DNA from: Syntrophaceae bacterium UBA6112
Lineage (GTDB): Bacteria; Desulfobacterota; Syntrophia; Syntrophales; UBA5619
Direction of reading: 5' to 3'
Assembly (NCBI GenBank): GCA_002423465.1
Contig: DIWG01000018.1
Coordinates: 12,323-76,322 of the forward strand
DNA: 64,000 nucleotides
The notes under the pieces were generated by a model. It saw only the letters and a program-made list of their open reading frames with translations. It ran no database searches and was not told the DNA's origin. This document shows, in pieces, positions 36,172 to 43,752 of the stretch (positions within the stretch are counted from its first letter, which is position 1; every line of letters begins with the position of its first letter). Made by a program: the position numbers and the translations under genes.

Positions 36172-37521
36172 TCAGCGAAGCAGCAGCTCCCACAGAGGAC
36201 CGGGGCGACCGCGGGCATGCATCCGGGTCACGACCCGCTCCGTCTCTTCCCCGCCGTCCCCATAGACCCAGTTCACCCGGCCGCGCGCCTGGCTCTTGAC
36301 CCGGTCGATAATCGCTTCCGTTGTGATGCCGTTCGATCGATAGAAAACCGGCGAGAGCAGGTCCTGGTCCGGCCTGATCTGCCCCTCTTCCATGGCAAGG
36401 TCATAGAGCGGGGTATGCGGAAAGATCCGGACGCCGCACAGCAGAAAGAATGCCGCCTTTCCCAGCGCCTCCATACGGTTCATGGTTTCGTCCAGGCTGC
36501 GGGCGTCTTCTCCCGGCCCTCCCAGCAGGAAATAGTGGGCAATGTTCACCCCCGAGCGGCGGGCGCTCCCGTGGGCGGCAAAGACATCCTCCACATCGAA
36601 CGGCTTTCCGTACCGCATCAACTGAGGATCGCAAAGGGATTCCGTCCCAAACTCGGCATGGGTCAATCCGGCCTCGGCGAGGATGCCGTAATAGCCGTCG
36701 GGCGGGCGCGTCGGGGCAAGAAAAGCCCCCCAGGGAATGGTGAGGCCCCGGCGGCGAAAGGCTCTGGCGACGGCCAGGCTGTGGTCGACATCGGCATTGA
36801 ACGCGGAATCCGTGATGAAGAGGAACCTGGCGCCCATCTCCTGAAGTTCCCGGGCCTCCCGGGCAACCTCATCGGGAGGGACCAACCGCATTCGGCGCCC
36901 CTCGATATGGGGATAGGTGCAGTAGATGCAGCGGAAGGGGCATCCCCTTTTTGTCTGCAGGTTCAGGATCCCCCCCCGTTCGAGGTAGAAACGACGGTGG
37001 GCGTCCGCCGGCCGCATCCGCCTGGCGACGACACCCGTCCAAGGGACCGGATCCCGGATGGGTCCTCCCCGAATCACGATCCCGGGCAGAGCGGAAGGAT
37101 CGTCTCCCCTTTCGAGGGCATCCAGAAGGGGAGCCATATATTCCCCTTCCCCGACAACACCGAAATCGGCGCCCAGCAGAGACATCAATTCGCCGGGGAA
37201 AATGGAAAAACCGCTGCCGCCCAGTACAATCGGGACCCCGGTGCAACACCTGATGAGCCGGACCATCCTTTCATATCCCGGAACGAAACTTTTCACGGCC
37301 AGGGTGTCCACGTTGTCGATATTCCGGAGGGATATGCCGATCACCTCCGGGTTGATATCCCTCAGGTCGGTCTTGATCCGCTCCATCCCCCCCGCCACAT
37401 TCACGTCCAGAATTTGGACTTCATGCCGGGGCGTCAGGGCTCCGATGAGATAATCGAGGCCCAGGGGATAGACGGGATGCGGGGCGCGGGTCATATTGGC
37501 GGAAATAAGAAGAACTTTCAT
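36172..37521 (-). CDS. B12-binding domain radical SAM protein
   Basis: MKVLLISANMTRAPHPVYPLGLDYLIGAL (cobalamin-binding-like N-domain) and TKRGCPFRCIYC. GGTGGAG RBS precedes the ATG at 37521. The track start at 37638 adds an Arg/Gly-rich extension. Confidence 0.9.
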   Translation of the reverse strand: MKVLLISANMTRAPHPVYPLGLDYLIGALTPRHEVQILDVNVAGGMERIKTDLRDINPEVIGISLRNIDNVDTLAVKSFVPGYERMVRLIRCCTGVPIVLGGSGFSIFPGELMSLLGADFGVVGEGEYMAPLLDALERGDDPSALPGIVIRGGPIRDPVPWTGVVARRMRPADAHRRFYLERGGILNLQTKRGCPFRCIYCTYPHIEGRRMRLVPPDEVAREARELQEMGARFLFITDSAFNADVDHSLAVARAFRRRGLTIPWGAFLAPTRPPDGYYGILAEAGLTHAEFGTESLCDPQLMRYGKPFDVEDVFAAHGSARRSGVNIAHYFLLGGPGEDARSLDETMNRMEALGKAAFFLLCGVRIFPHTPLYDLAMEEGQIRPDQDLLSPVFYRSNGITTEAIIDRVKSQARGRVNWVYGDGGEETERVVTRMHARGRPGPLWELLLR

Positions 37522-37778
37522 AAAGTTAAAACTCCACCCCCTGTGACGGATCCACCGGGTCGGGGCAACCGCACCCCCCGGTCCCCAGGGGATATCCGAT
37601 TCACCGTCCGGATCCTGCCGCCGTCGCATCCCGGACAACCATGCCTCTCCAATCCATTCGCAACCGCAGCAAACCGAAGGTTTGCAGAAGAAACATCCTC
37701 ATTTCGGAAATTGGGTCATCATCTCGTCTAAAATGGCCTTCCTTCATATCCCAAAAGGACTTTCGGCGCCACAAAATT

Positions 37779-37786
37779 CAGGCGCA
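37779..37786. repeat. Target-site duplication, left copy (CAGGCGCA)
   Basis: An identical 8-mer lies immediately outside both terminal inverted repeats; the other copy is at 41016-41023. Confidence 0.8.
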
Positions 37787-37808
37787 GGTAGTGTCTCAGT
37801 TTGAAATT
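37787..37808 (+). repeat. Terminal inverted repeat (left end)
   Basis: ggtagtgtctcagtttgaaatt. Confidence 0.85.
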
Positions 37809-37888
37809 AAAATATTTACATTCAGGGAGACAAGAGATAGTATTTCCCATTATCAAGAGAAAAAGCTCAAAAACGAAGGGCCAACCTT

Positions 37889-38659
37889 ATGTTTTGGAGT
37901 TATTTACAGGCGGTGGTTATGAAGCAGTGGCTACCGCTTTTAATCGGATTTTTTGGAACTGTGCCGTGGTGGGGACGGGCACTTCTTTCTCAGCGACTTC
38001 AGAATATGGTCGATGGATATCTTAACCCATCAGCAATAAGATGGCTCGGGATTATAGCCATTCTTGCTTCGTTCATATTAGCAAATTATTTTGCATGGGA
38101 AGGTGAGCACAAAGAAGTCTCTAATTTATCATATAAATTAAATAAACTTGAAGTTGAGGCTACTCCGAATATCACCGGAACTATAGAACGTGTAATTATC
38201 TTAAAAGAAAGATTGCCAGAAAAAAATCTTAGAATTGACATAACGGCAACCCTGAGAAACGTTGGCGCTCCAAGTGCTGCTGAAGGTTTTCTATTAAAAG
38301 TATATTTGAAAAATGGGCAAATAATTACTGGTGAAAAAATCTTCCCATATAATAATCAAGAAACTCATTATGACAGTGGAATTGTAGAAACGATTAGCTC
38401 CGCAGATTTGCTTGATCGGAAGGCAACTCAACCAATTCCACGCGGGGGCATGATTATGGGTAGAATGTTTTATCGAGTAAATACAAGTATTGATTCTATT
38501 TCAGGTTCAGAAGCAACATTTGAAATAACTTTTTATGATATTTTAGGGAAAGAGATAATTATGAAAATCAAACCTGCGTTTAGAGACGCAGAGCCAATCC
38601 AGGCTTTCCCAGGGTTGGAAATGCCAAATTTAAAAAATATTCCAAAACCAAAGCCATAA
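37889..38659 (+). CDS. Hypothetical membrane-anchored protein (IS passenger)
   Basis: Two N-terminal hydrophobic segments (WLPLLIGFFGTVPWW and WLGIIAILASFILANYF), then a ~170-aa beta-rich domain. No motif recognised. AT-rich codon usage. An alternative start lies at 37919. Confidence 0.55.
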   Translation: MFWSYLQAVVMKQWLPLLIGFFGTVPWWGRALLSQRLQNMVDGYLNPSAIRWLGIIAILASFILANYFAWEGEHKEVSNLSYKLNKLEVEATPNITGTIERVIILKERLPEKNLRIDITATLRNVGAPSAAEGFLLKVYLKNGQIITGEKIFPYNNQETHYDSGIVETISSADLLDRKATQPIPRGGMIMGRMFYRVNTSIDSISGSEATFEITFYDILGKEIIMKIKPAFRDAEPIQAFPGLEMPNLKNIPKPKP

Positions 38660-38668
38660 TGTTCTAAA

Positions 38669-39499
38669 TTATTTTACCATTTTTAAAATATCTTCAATCT
38701 CCCAAACCCTATCTGCGATCCCCGCTTCCATCGCCGGGGTTACTCTTAGCGTCTTGTGAATCCTGCAAAAATTATAATGCATGAAATGAAGGGCAACGGA
38801 GTATTCAAGATTTTCAATCTTCTTGCTGAATCCATTGGTCAAGCGGGTAAATCTCCGCATTGACATCCGCATGGTTAGGTTTTGCCGTTCAACATAGCTT
38901 GTGGAAACGTCCTTCTGATCGGGGTTCCCGCTTATGCGCAACTTGTCCGCTCCGGTACATTCAGCGGGGCTATAACGGCGTTGATCGGTTGTTGATTCCG
39001 TTGATCCGTATGTCTTCACCAGCATCGCATAATCGATATCCCCTCCGAAAGCATCTTCAACGGCATTCAGGTAGGCCCGATGTCCATCCGTCGTAAGTTG
39101 CACCTTGTTCCTTAGGCGGCTTGCCAGATCCTTCATGAAGATTTCCGCAAAGGCCGCATCGCGCTTGCCAACCAGAAACGAGGGAATAAGTTTTGTATCG
39201 GCGCACATGGCCGTCCAAGTGTAAACGTCACCATAGCCAAATTCCCCTTTATGCTCTTCGGGAACATTCTTTTCTTTGCAGTAACAAAAATTCCATATCT
39301 CATCACATTGAATCCGTTTGCAGGTAAGATCACAAAAAGCCTTATGCTGATATACCCAACAAGCCGAGCCAACATCGACAAGGAGCTTCGTCACGGTGTT
39401 GATGGACACGCCGGTCATGCGGGTAATGGCTCTCATGCTGTTACCCTCGACCAGCATGCCGATGATTTGTGCTCTTTTTTCGATACTTAGCTTATTCAT
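38669..39499 (-). CDS. IS1-family DDE transposase (single ORF with N-terminal HTH)
   Basis: HTH segment IIGMLVEGNSMRAITRMTGVSINTVTKLL. The C-terminal YVERQNLTMRMSMRRFTRLTNGFSKKIENLEYSVALHFMHYNFCRIH is typical of IS1-type transposases. Confidence 0.85.
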   Translation of the reverse strand: MNKLSIEKRAQIIGMLVEGNSMRAITRMTGVSINTVTKLLVDVGSACWVYQHKAFCDLTCKRIQCDEIWNFCYCKEKNVPEEHKGEFGYGDVYTWTAMCADTKLIPSFLVGKRDAAFAEIFMKDLASRLRNKVQLTTDGHRAYLNAVEDAFGGDIDYAMLVKTYGSTESTTDQRRYSPAECTGADKLRISGNPDQKDVSTSYVERQNLTMRMSMRRFTRLTNGFSKKIENLEYSVALHFMHYNFCRIHKTLRVTPAMEAGIADRVWEIEDILKMVK

Positions 39500-39529
39500 G
39501 GCATCCCGTCTCCTGTTTCGTTGTGAACA

Positions 39530-39642
39530 TTATGCTTGAGCGGTTAAGAAATGTCAAGAAATATTTTTATTATATTTCGTTTTATGCTTGCATATAACCT
39601 TAAAAGACCTTTTATGCAAGCATAAATAAATAATGCTTGCAC
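39530..39642. promoter_or_regulatory. Cluster of four ATGCTTGCA-type motifs between the divergent transposase and P63C genes
   Basis: ttatgcttgag (39530), ttatgcttgcata (39582), its exact inverse ttatgcaagcata (39612) and taatgcttgcac (39631). Confidence 0.35.
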
Positions 39643-39694
39643 GTATCCTCTTTTTTTGATAAGAGGTAGTCATCAAAAAATGGAGGAAACAATC

Positions 39695-40711
39695 ATGCAA
39701 GAAGACATTAAAAAGGGCAGAGCTAAGGGTGGCATGGCAAGGGCGGCGAAGTTGACACCGGAGGAACGTAAGGCTATTGCACAAAAGGCAGCAAAAGAGA
39801 GATGGTCCATCGACGTACTAAGGGCCACTCATGGATCTTCCGACAGGCCATTAAGAATTGGAAGCTTAGAAATACCATGTTATGTTTTGTCAAACGGAAT
39901 GCGCGTCTTGTCTGGAAGGGGTATGCAATCCGCTTTGGCACTCGGCCAGCGCCATGGGGCCATTTTGAAGGAATTTATTGGCAGAAGTAGCCTAAAAGAT
40001 TTTATTAACAATGATTTAGCCATGGTCCTTACATCTCCTGTTAAATTTATAAGACCAGGGCGTGGTGGGAAGACCGCTTCCGGTTATGAAGCAACTATTT
40101 TGGCGGATATTTGTGATGTTGTTTTGGCTGCCAGAAAGGCCGGTGCCTTGTCTGGAAAGGAATTAGATGTCGCGGATCAATGCGAAATACTGGTGCGTGG
40201 TTTTGCGCGTGTTGGTATTATTGCACTTGTCGATGAGGCCACGGGTTATCAAAAAGATCGGGCAAAAAATGAATTAGCGAAAATATTAGAAGCGTTTGTT
40301 GCTAAAGAGCTTCAACCATGGGTAAAAACTTTTTCCGTAGAATTCTATGAACAAATGTTTCGTTTGCGTGGCCTTCAATTTCCGGGAAATGGCGTTAAAC
40401 GTCCGCAATATTTCGGACATCTTACAAACGATGTTGTTTATCGCAGGCTTGCTCCCGGAGTTTGGAGGGAATTAAAAGAGCAGGCAGAAAAAGACGAGAA
40501 GGGTAGGTTAAAACATAAGCTTCATCAAAAATTAACGCCCACCTTAGGACATCCCAAATTAAGGGATCTTCTAACCTCAATTACAACGATCATGAAGTTA
40601 AGCGAACAGTGGATAGACTTCAAGGGTAAGCTTGATAGGGTACATCCAGCATTTAACGAAACGATGTTGCTACCTTTTGACTTAGAAGGTGATACGGGAA
40701 AGGGAATTTAA
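39695..40711 (+). CDS. P63C domain protein (IS passenger)
   Basis: IALVDEATGYQKDRAKNELAKILEAFVAKELQPWVKTFSVEFYEQMFRLRG matches my memory of the phage-associated P63C domain. N-terminal basic motif KKGRAKGGMARAAKLTPEERKAIAQKAAKERW. GGAGGAAA RBS precedes the ATG at 39695. Confidence 0.7.
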   Translation: MQEDIKKGRAKGGMARAAKLTPEERKAIAQKAAKERWSIDVLRATHGSSDRPLRIGSLEIPCYVLSNGMRVLSGRGMQSALALGQRHGAILKEFIGRSSLKDFINNDLAMVLTSPVKFIRPGRGGKTASGYEATILADICDVVLAARKAGALSGKELDVADQCEILVRGFARVGIIALVDEATGYQKDRAKNELAKILEAFVAKELQPWVKTFSVEFYEQMFRLRGLQFPGNGVKRPQYFGHLTNDVVYRRLAPGVWRELKEQAEKDEKGRLKHKLHQKLTPTLGHPKLRDLLTSITTIMKLSEQWIDFKGKLDRVHPAFNETMLLPFDLEGDTGKGI

Positions 40712-40950
40712 GTTTCTTTATTCCACCTTGCGGAAGCCGCTTTTTTGGCGATCTCTGATCTCTGTTTGGGTGTAAGGCTTGCGGCCCTTGCCTTTCCGCC
40801 CTTTTTACCGCCAAGCCGCCCTAATTCAACGGCGGCAGGGTTCTTAGTCGATACTGGTTCTTCTGGCGGATTCTCATCTGTTGCTGCCTGCACGATAGCA
40901 TAGGCTAACTGATTTACATCCGCATGTTTTGGGATCTTGGCTTTTTTCAT
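40708..40950 (-). CDS. Small basic protein with a GGKARA...LTP.QR..IAKKAA.ARW motif (IS passenger)
   Basis: LGRLGGKKGGKARAASLTPKQRSEIAKKAASARW. The start at M18 (40950) avoids overlap with the right inverted repeat. The track start at 41001 would overlap it. Confidence 0.5.
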   Translation of the reverse strand: MKKAKIPKHADVNQLAYAIVQAATDENPPEEPVSTKNPAAVELGRLGGKKGGKARAASLTPKQRSEIAKKAASARWNKET

Positions 40951-40993
40951 GACCTGAGCGTAGCATAACCGCTCAAGCATTTCAAGCCCCATA

Positions 40994-41015
40994 AATTTCA
41001 AACTGAGACACTACC
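40994..41015 (-). repeat. Terminal inverted repeat (right end)
   Basis: aatttcaaactgagacactacc is the exact reverse complement of the left repeat. Confidence 0.85.
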
Positions 41016-41023
41016 CAGGCGCA
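41016..41023. repeat. Target-site duplication, right copy (CAGGCGCA)
   Basis: Identical to 37779-37786. Confidence 0.8.
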
Positions 41024-41094
41024 CTGATTTCAAATGGCAAGCAACATCCAATGAACCATATTCCATTTGACAGCCTTATGGGTAGAGGGTGGAC

Positions 41095-41946
41095 TTAAAC
41101 GGTTGATTGATTCAGCCTTTCCATTACCACTCGATCGATCAGATCCTCCAGAGAAAGGATTTGATACCCCTGCCTCTTCAGGCCGGAAACGATCTCCTCC
41201 GTTTCTCCAAGCCACTCCTCGATCCCTTCCCCGCCCTTCGGCGCGACGTCGTGCAGCAGGATGATGTCGCCGGGGCGGACCTTCTTCAGGATGATCTCCG
41301 CCAGACCGGCAATCCGCCGGTTGCCCCGGTCAAAGGCACGACAACTGAAATTCACGCAGTACATGCCGAGCTCCCTCAAGACCCCCGGCAGCCGGGAATT
41401 GGTGACGCCGACGGGAGGGCGGAAAGCCAGCGGACGGACGGCGAAGGCCGAAAGCAGATCCTGTGTGCGGGCAATCTCCTCTCGGAGCTTTGCCCGGGAA
41501 CGCAGCATCAGCAAGGGGTCATGGTGATAGGAGTGGTTTCCGAGGGTATGGCCCCGGGAGAGAATTTCCCGGATCAGCGCCGGATGCCGTTCCGCCCTTG
41601 CGCCGGCGACGAAAAATGTGGCCGGCACGCCATGCCGCCGCAGGAGCTCCAGCAACCGCGGGGTGACACCCGGATCCGGGCCGTCGTCGAAGGTCAGGGC
41701 CACCGCCCGGCAAACCGTTTCCCGCCGGCTGATCACGGGCAGGAAAAATCCAATACCGGGAAGAAAAGGGGCAACCAGGCAGAGGAGAATGAACAATCCC
41801 AAGGGGATAACCACCAGCGCCGGCTGGATCAACAGCATGAGGAAGGAGACGAAAAGGGCCGTCATCCCGGTGAGAAGAGCAGGCGAAAGCCATTCCCGCA
41901 CTCTGGGGACGGCCCTTCCCTTGACGGTGGAATTCCCAAACATCAT
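41095..41946 (-). CDS. Membrane-anchored polysaccharide deacetylase (NodB homology domain)
   Basis: ALTFDDGPDPGVTPRLLELLRRHGVPATFF and GNHSYHHD, with N-terminal TM helices. Confidence 0.85.
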   Translation of the reverse strand: MMFGNSTVKGRAVPRVREWLSPALLTGMTALFVSFLMLLIQPALVVIPLGLFILLCLVAPFLPGIGFFLPVISRRETVCRAVALTFDDGPDPGVTPRLLELLRRHGVPATFFVAGARAERHPALIREILSRGHTLGNHSYHHDPLLMLRSRAKLREEIARTQDLLSAFAVRPLAFRPPVGVTNSRLPGVLRELGMYCVNFSCRAFDRGNRRIAGLAEIILKKVRPGDIILLHDVAPKGGEGIEEWLGETEEIVSGLKRQGYQILSLEDLIDRVVMERLNQSTV

Positions 41947-42229
41947 CGGCGCCCTTTCGTCGCGAACCGGGTGATGTCCTCGATCGCGGTTCGGTCGCGG
42001 ACATCACATGATAACAATATGATATTATTCATATACGGACGATTCATCTCAGCACCCGCAACAGCATTAAACCGGAACCGTTCAATCGTCCATTCATATT
42101 TGTATTGATACACGCATTGTTTTGTATTATCAACCCAGCATGAATGAGCGACAACCATTCCGACCAGATTCCGACGGTCATCGCATACGGAAAGCGGCTG
42201 CGTTTCGCGGCCCGTCCCTGGAATAACCC

Positions 42230-43450
42230 ATGAGCATAAATCCATCCCGCGATCCTGCAGCACCGGAAAAGGGGCAGCCCTGGCAACTGACCCTCTACAT
42301 CATGTTCGTCGCCCAATTCCTCTCCATGGTCGGTTTTGCCTTCGTCCTGCCGTTTTTTCCCTTCTACATACGGGAGTTGGGAATCACCGAGGAAAGCCTC
42401 GTCCCCATTTGGGCGGGCGTCATGGCGGGCTCCGCCAGCCTGGTCATGGCCTTCTTCTCCCCGCTCTGGGGATGGCTCGCGGACCGGCACGGGCGGAAGA
42501 TCATGGTGGAGCGGGCCATGTTCGGCGGCGCCGTCATCACCTTCGCGATGGGGCTCGTCTCCAACGTATGGCAACTGCTTTTCCTCCGGATCCTCTCCGG
42601 CGCGACGACGGGGACCATTTCAGCCTCTATCGCCTTGGTTTCGACGGTCGTCCCGAAGCAACGGCTGGGATACGCGCTAGGGCTCATGCAGGTGGCGGTT
42701 TTCCTCGGAATGACCCTGGGACCGTGGATCGGGGGAATCATGGCCGACGTCATCGGCCATCGATTCACCTTCATGTTGGGCGGTGCAATTCTCCTGTTGG
42801 GCGGGACGCTCGTCCTCTGCGGAACCCGGGAACGGTTCAACCGGCCGTCGAAAGAGACGCTCGCGCAAGGCCGGCGAATTTTCTCCCTCCTGGCCTATGA
42901 GGGCTTCCCCGCATTGCTTGCCCTCTTCTTCATCTTCCACTTCACGGTCCATTTCGTCTCGCCCATCCTGCCGCTTTTCATCGAAACATTTTTCGACCCG
43001 GCGCGGGGTGGTGTGGCCTCGACGACGGGAATGCTCTTCGCGATCAGCGGCGGTACGGCCGCCCTGAGCGCCGGCGGGATCGGCTACCTCAGCGACCGGA
43101 TCGGCTACCGGCGGATCCTGCTGTTCCATCTCCTCCTGACGGCCGTAAGCATGATCCTGCACGGTGCGGCGCAGGGCATCCTCCATCTGATTCTGCTTCG
43201 GGTTCTGTACGGCCTGGCGGCGGGGGGCATCCTTCCCACGATGAACGCCCTCGTCGGGCGCCTGATCCCGCCGAACAGCTACGGCAAGGCCTACGGATTG
43301 ACCTCGTCCATGACCGCCCTGGGGATGGCGGCCGGCCCCTTGTTCGGAGGAATCATGGCCTCTTCCTGGGGATACCGCTGGCCGTTCCTCTTCGTCGGCG
43401 CGCTGATGATCGCCGTCGCCCTGCCCACAGTCCTCAACCTTCGCCGCTGA
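42230..43450 (+). CDS. MFS transporter
   Basis: About 12 predicted hydrophobic helices, with the MFS loop motif GWLADRHGRK between TM2 and TM3. Confidence 0.9.
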   Translation: MSINPSRDPAAPEKGQPWQLTLYIMFVAQFLSMVGFAFVLPFFPFYIRELGITEESLVPIWAGVMAGSASLVMAFFSPLWGWLADRHGRKIMVERAMFGGAVITFAMGLVSNVWQLLFLRILSGATTGTISASIALVSTVVPKQRLGYALGLMQVAVFLGMTLGPWIGGIMADVIGHRFTFMLGGAILLLGGTLVLCGTRERFNRPSKETLAQGRRIFSLLAYEGFPALLALFFIFHFTVHFVSPILPLFIETFFDPARGGVASTTGMLFAISGGTAALSAGGIGYLSDRIGYRRILLFHLLLTAVSMILHGAAQGILHLILLRVLYGLAAGGILPTMNALVGRLIPPNSYGKAYGLTSSMTALGMAAGPLFGGIMASSWGYRWPFLFVGALMIAVALPTVLNLRR

Positions 43451-43491
43451 TTCATTTATTCTTTATTTTACAGGACTTGGTTATGGTCTTC

Positions 43492-43692
43492 CTACGGTTC
43501 TTTCGGCATGAACACCCACAACAGGATATAGATTAGCAATCCCGTGCCGAAGCAAAAAAAGAGCCCCGAGAATATCACCCTCCATGTCCAGGAGGGGATC
43601 GGCGTATGCTTTCCCAATCCTCCGCAGACACCCCCGATCCACCGGTCATCCTTCGACTTGGATAACCTCCGCAACCAATTCTCTTCCTGCAT
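43492..43692 (-). CDS. PspC domain membrane protein
   Basis: DDRWIGGVCGGLGKH followed by a TM helix. GAGGAGGG RBS precedes the ATG at 43692. Confidence 0.75.
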   Translation of the reverse strand: MQEENWLRRLSKSKDDRWIGGVCGGLGKHTPIPSWTWRVIFSGLFFCFGTGLLIYILLWVFMPKEP

Positions 43693-43752
43693 GTTCCCTC
43701 CTCTGCCGACCCGGCACAACGTTTCCGGATAAACCCATCAGGGCGGCGCATG

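Larger units (their letters stand above)
37787..41015 (-). mobile_element. IS1-family insertion element (3229 bp) carrying a transposase plus three passenger ORFs
   Basis: Perfect 22-bp terminal inverted repeats GGTAGTGTCTCAGTTTGAAATT at 37787-37808 and, reverse-complemented, at 40994-41015. The termini fit the IS1-family GGnnnTG end. 8-bp direct target duplication. The interior is AT-rich relative to the flanks and holds an IS1-like DDE transposase. Confidence 0.85.

Noticed and set aside
12532-37521. Calling the cluster a ladderane, aryl-polyene or heterocyst-glycolipid cluster outright
   Set aside because: The gene mix only partly fits each. There is no ammonia-lyase, adenylation, glycosyltransferase or MMPL/LolA set as in aryl-polyene loci, and no anammox context. 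The similarity to the proposed ladderane genes is from memory only. The product is left as unknown.
36217-37731. 504-aa plus-strand ORF
   Set aside because: It is antisense to the B12-radical SAM gene. Shadow ORF.
38660-38668. An IS boundary immediately after the transposase stop, which would give a ~1-kb simple IS
   Set aside because: No inverted repeat partner was found near 38660 or 39500-39650. The only matching ends, with a target duplication, are at 37787 and 41015, so the element is the 3.2-kb unit.
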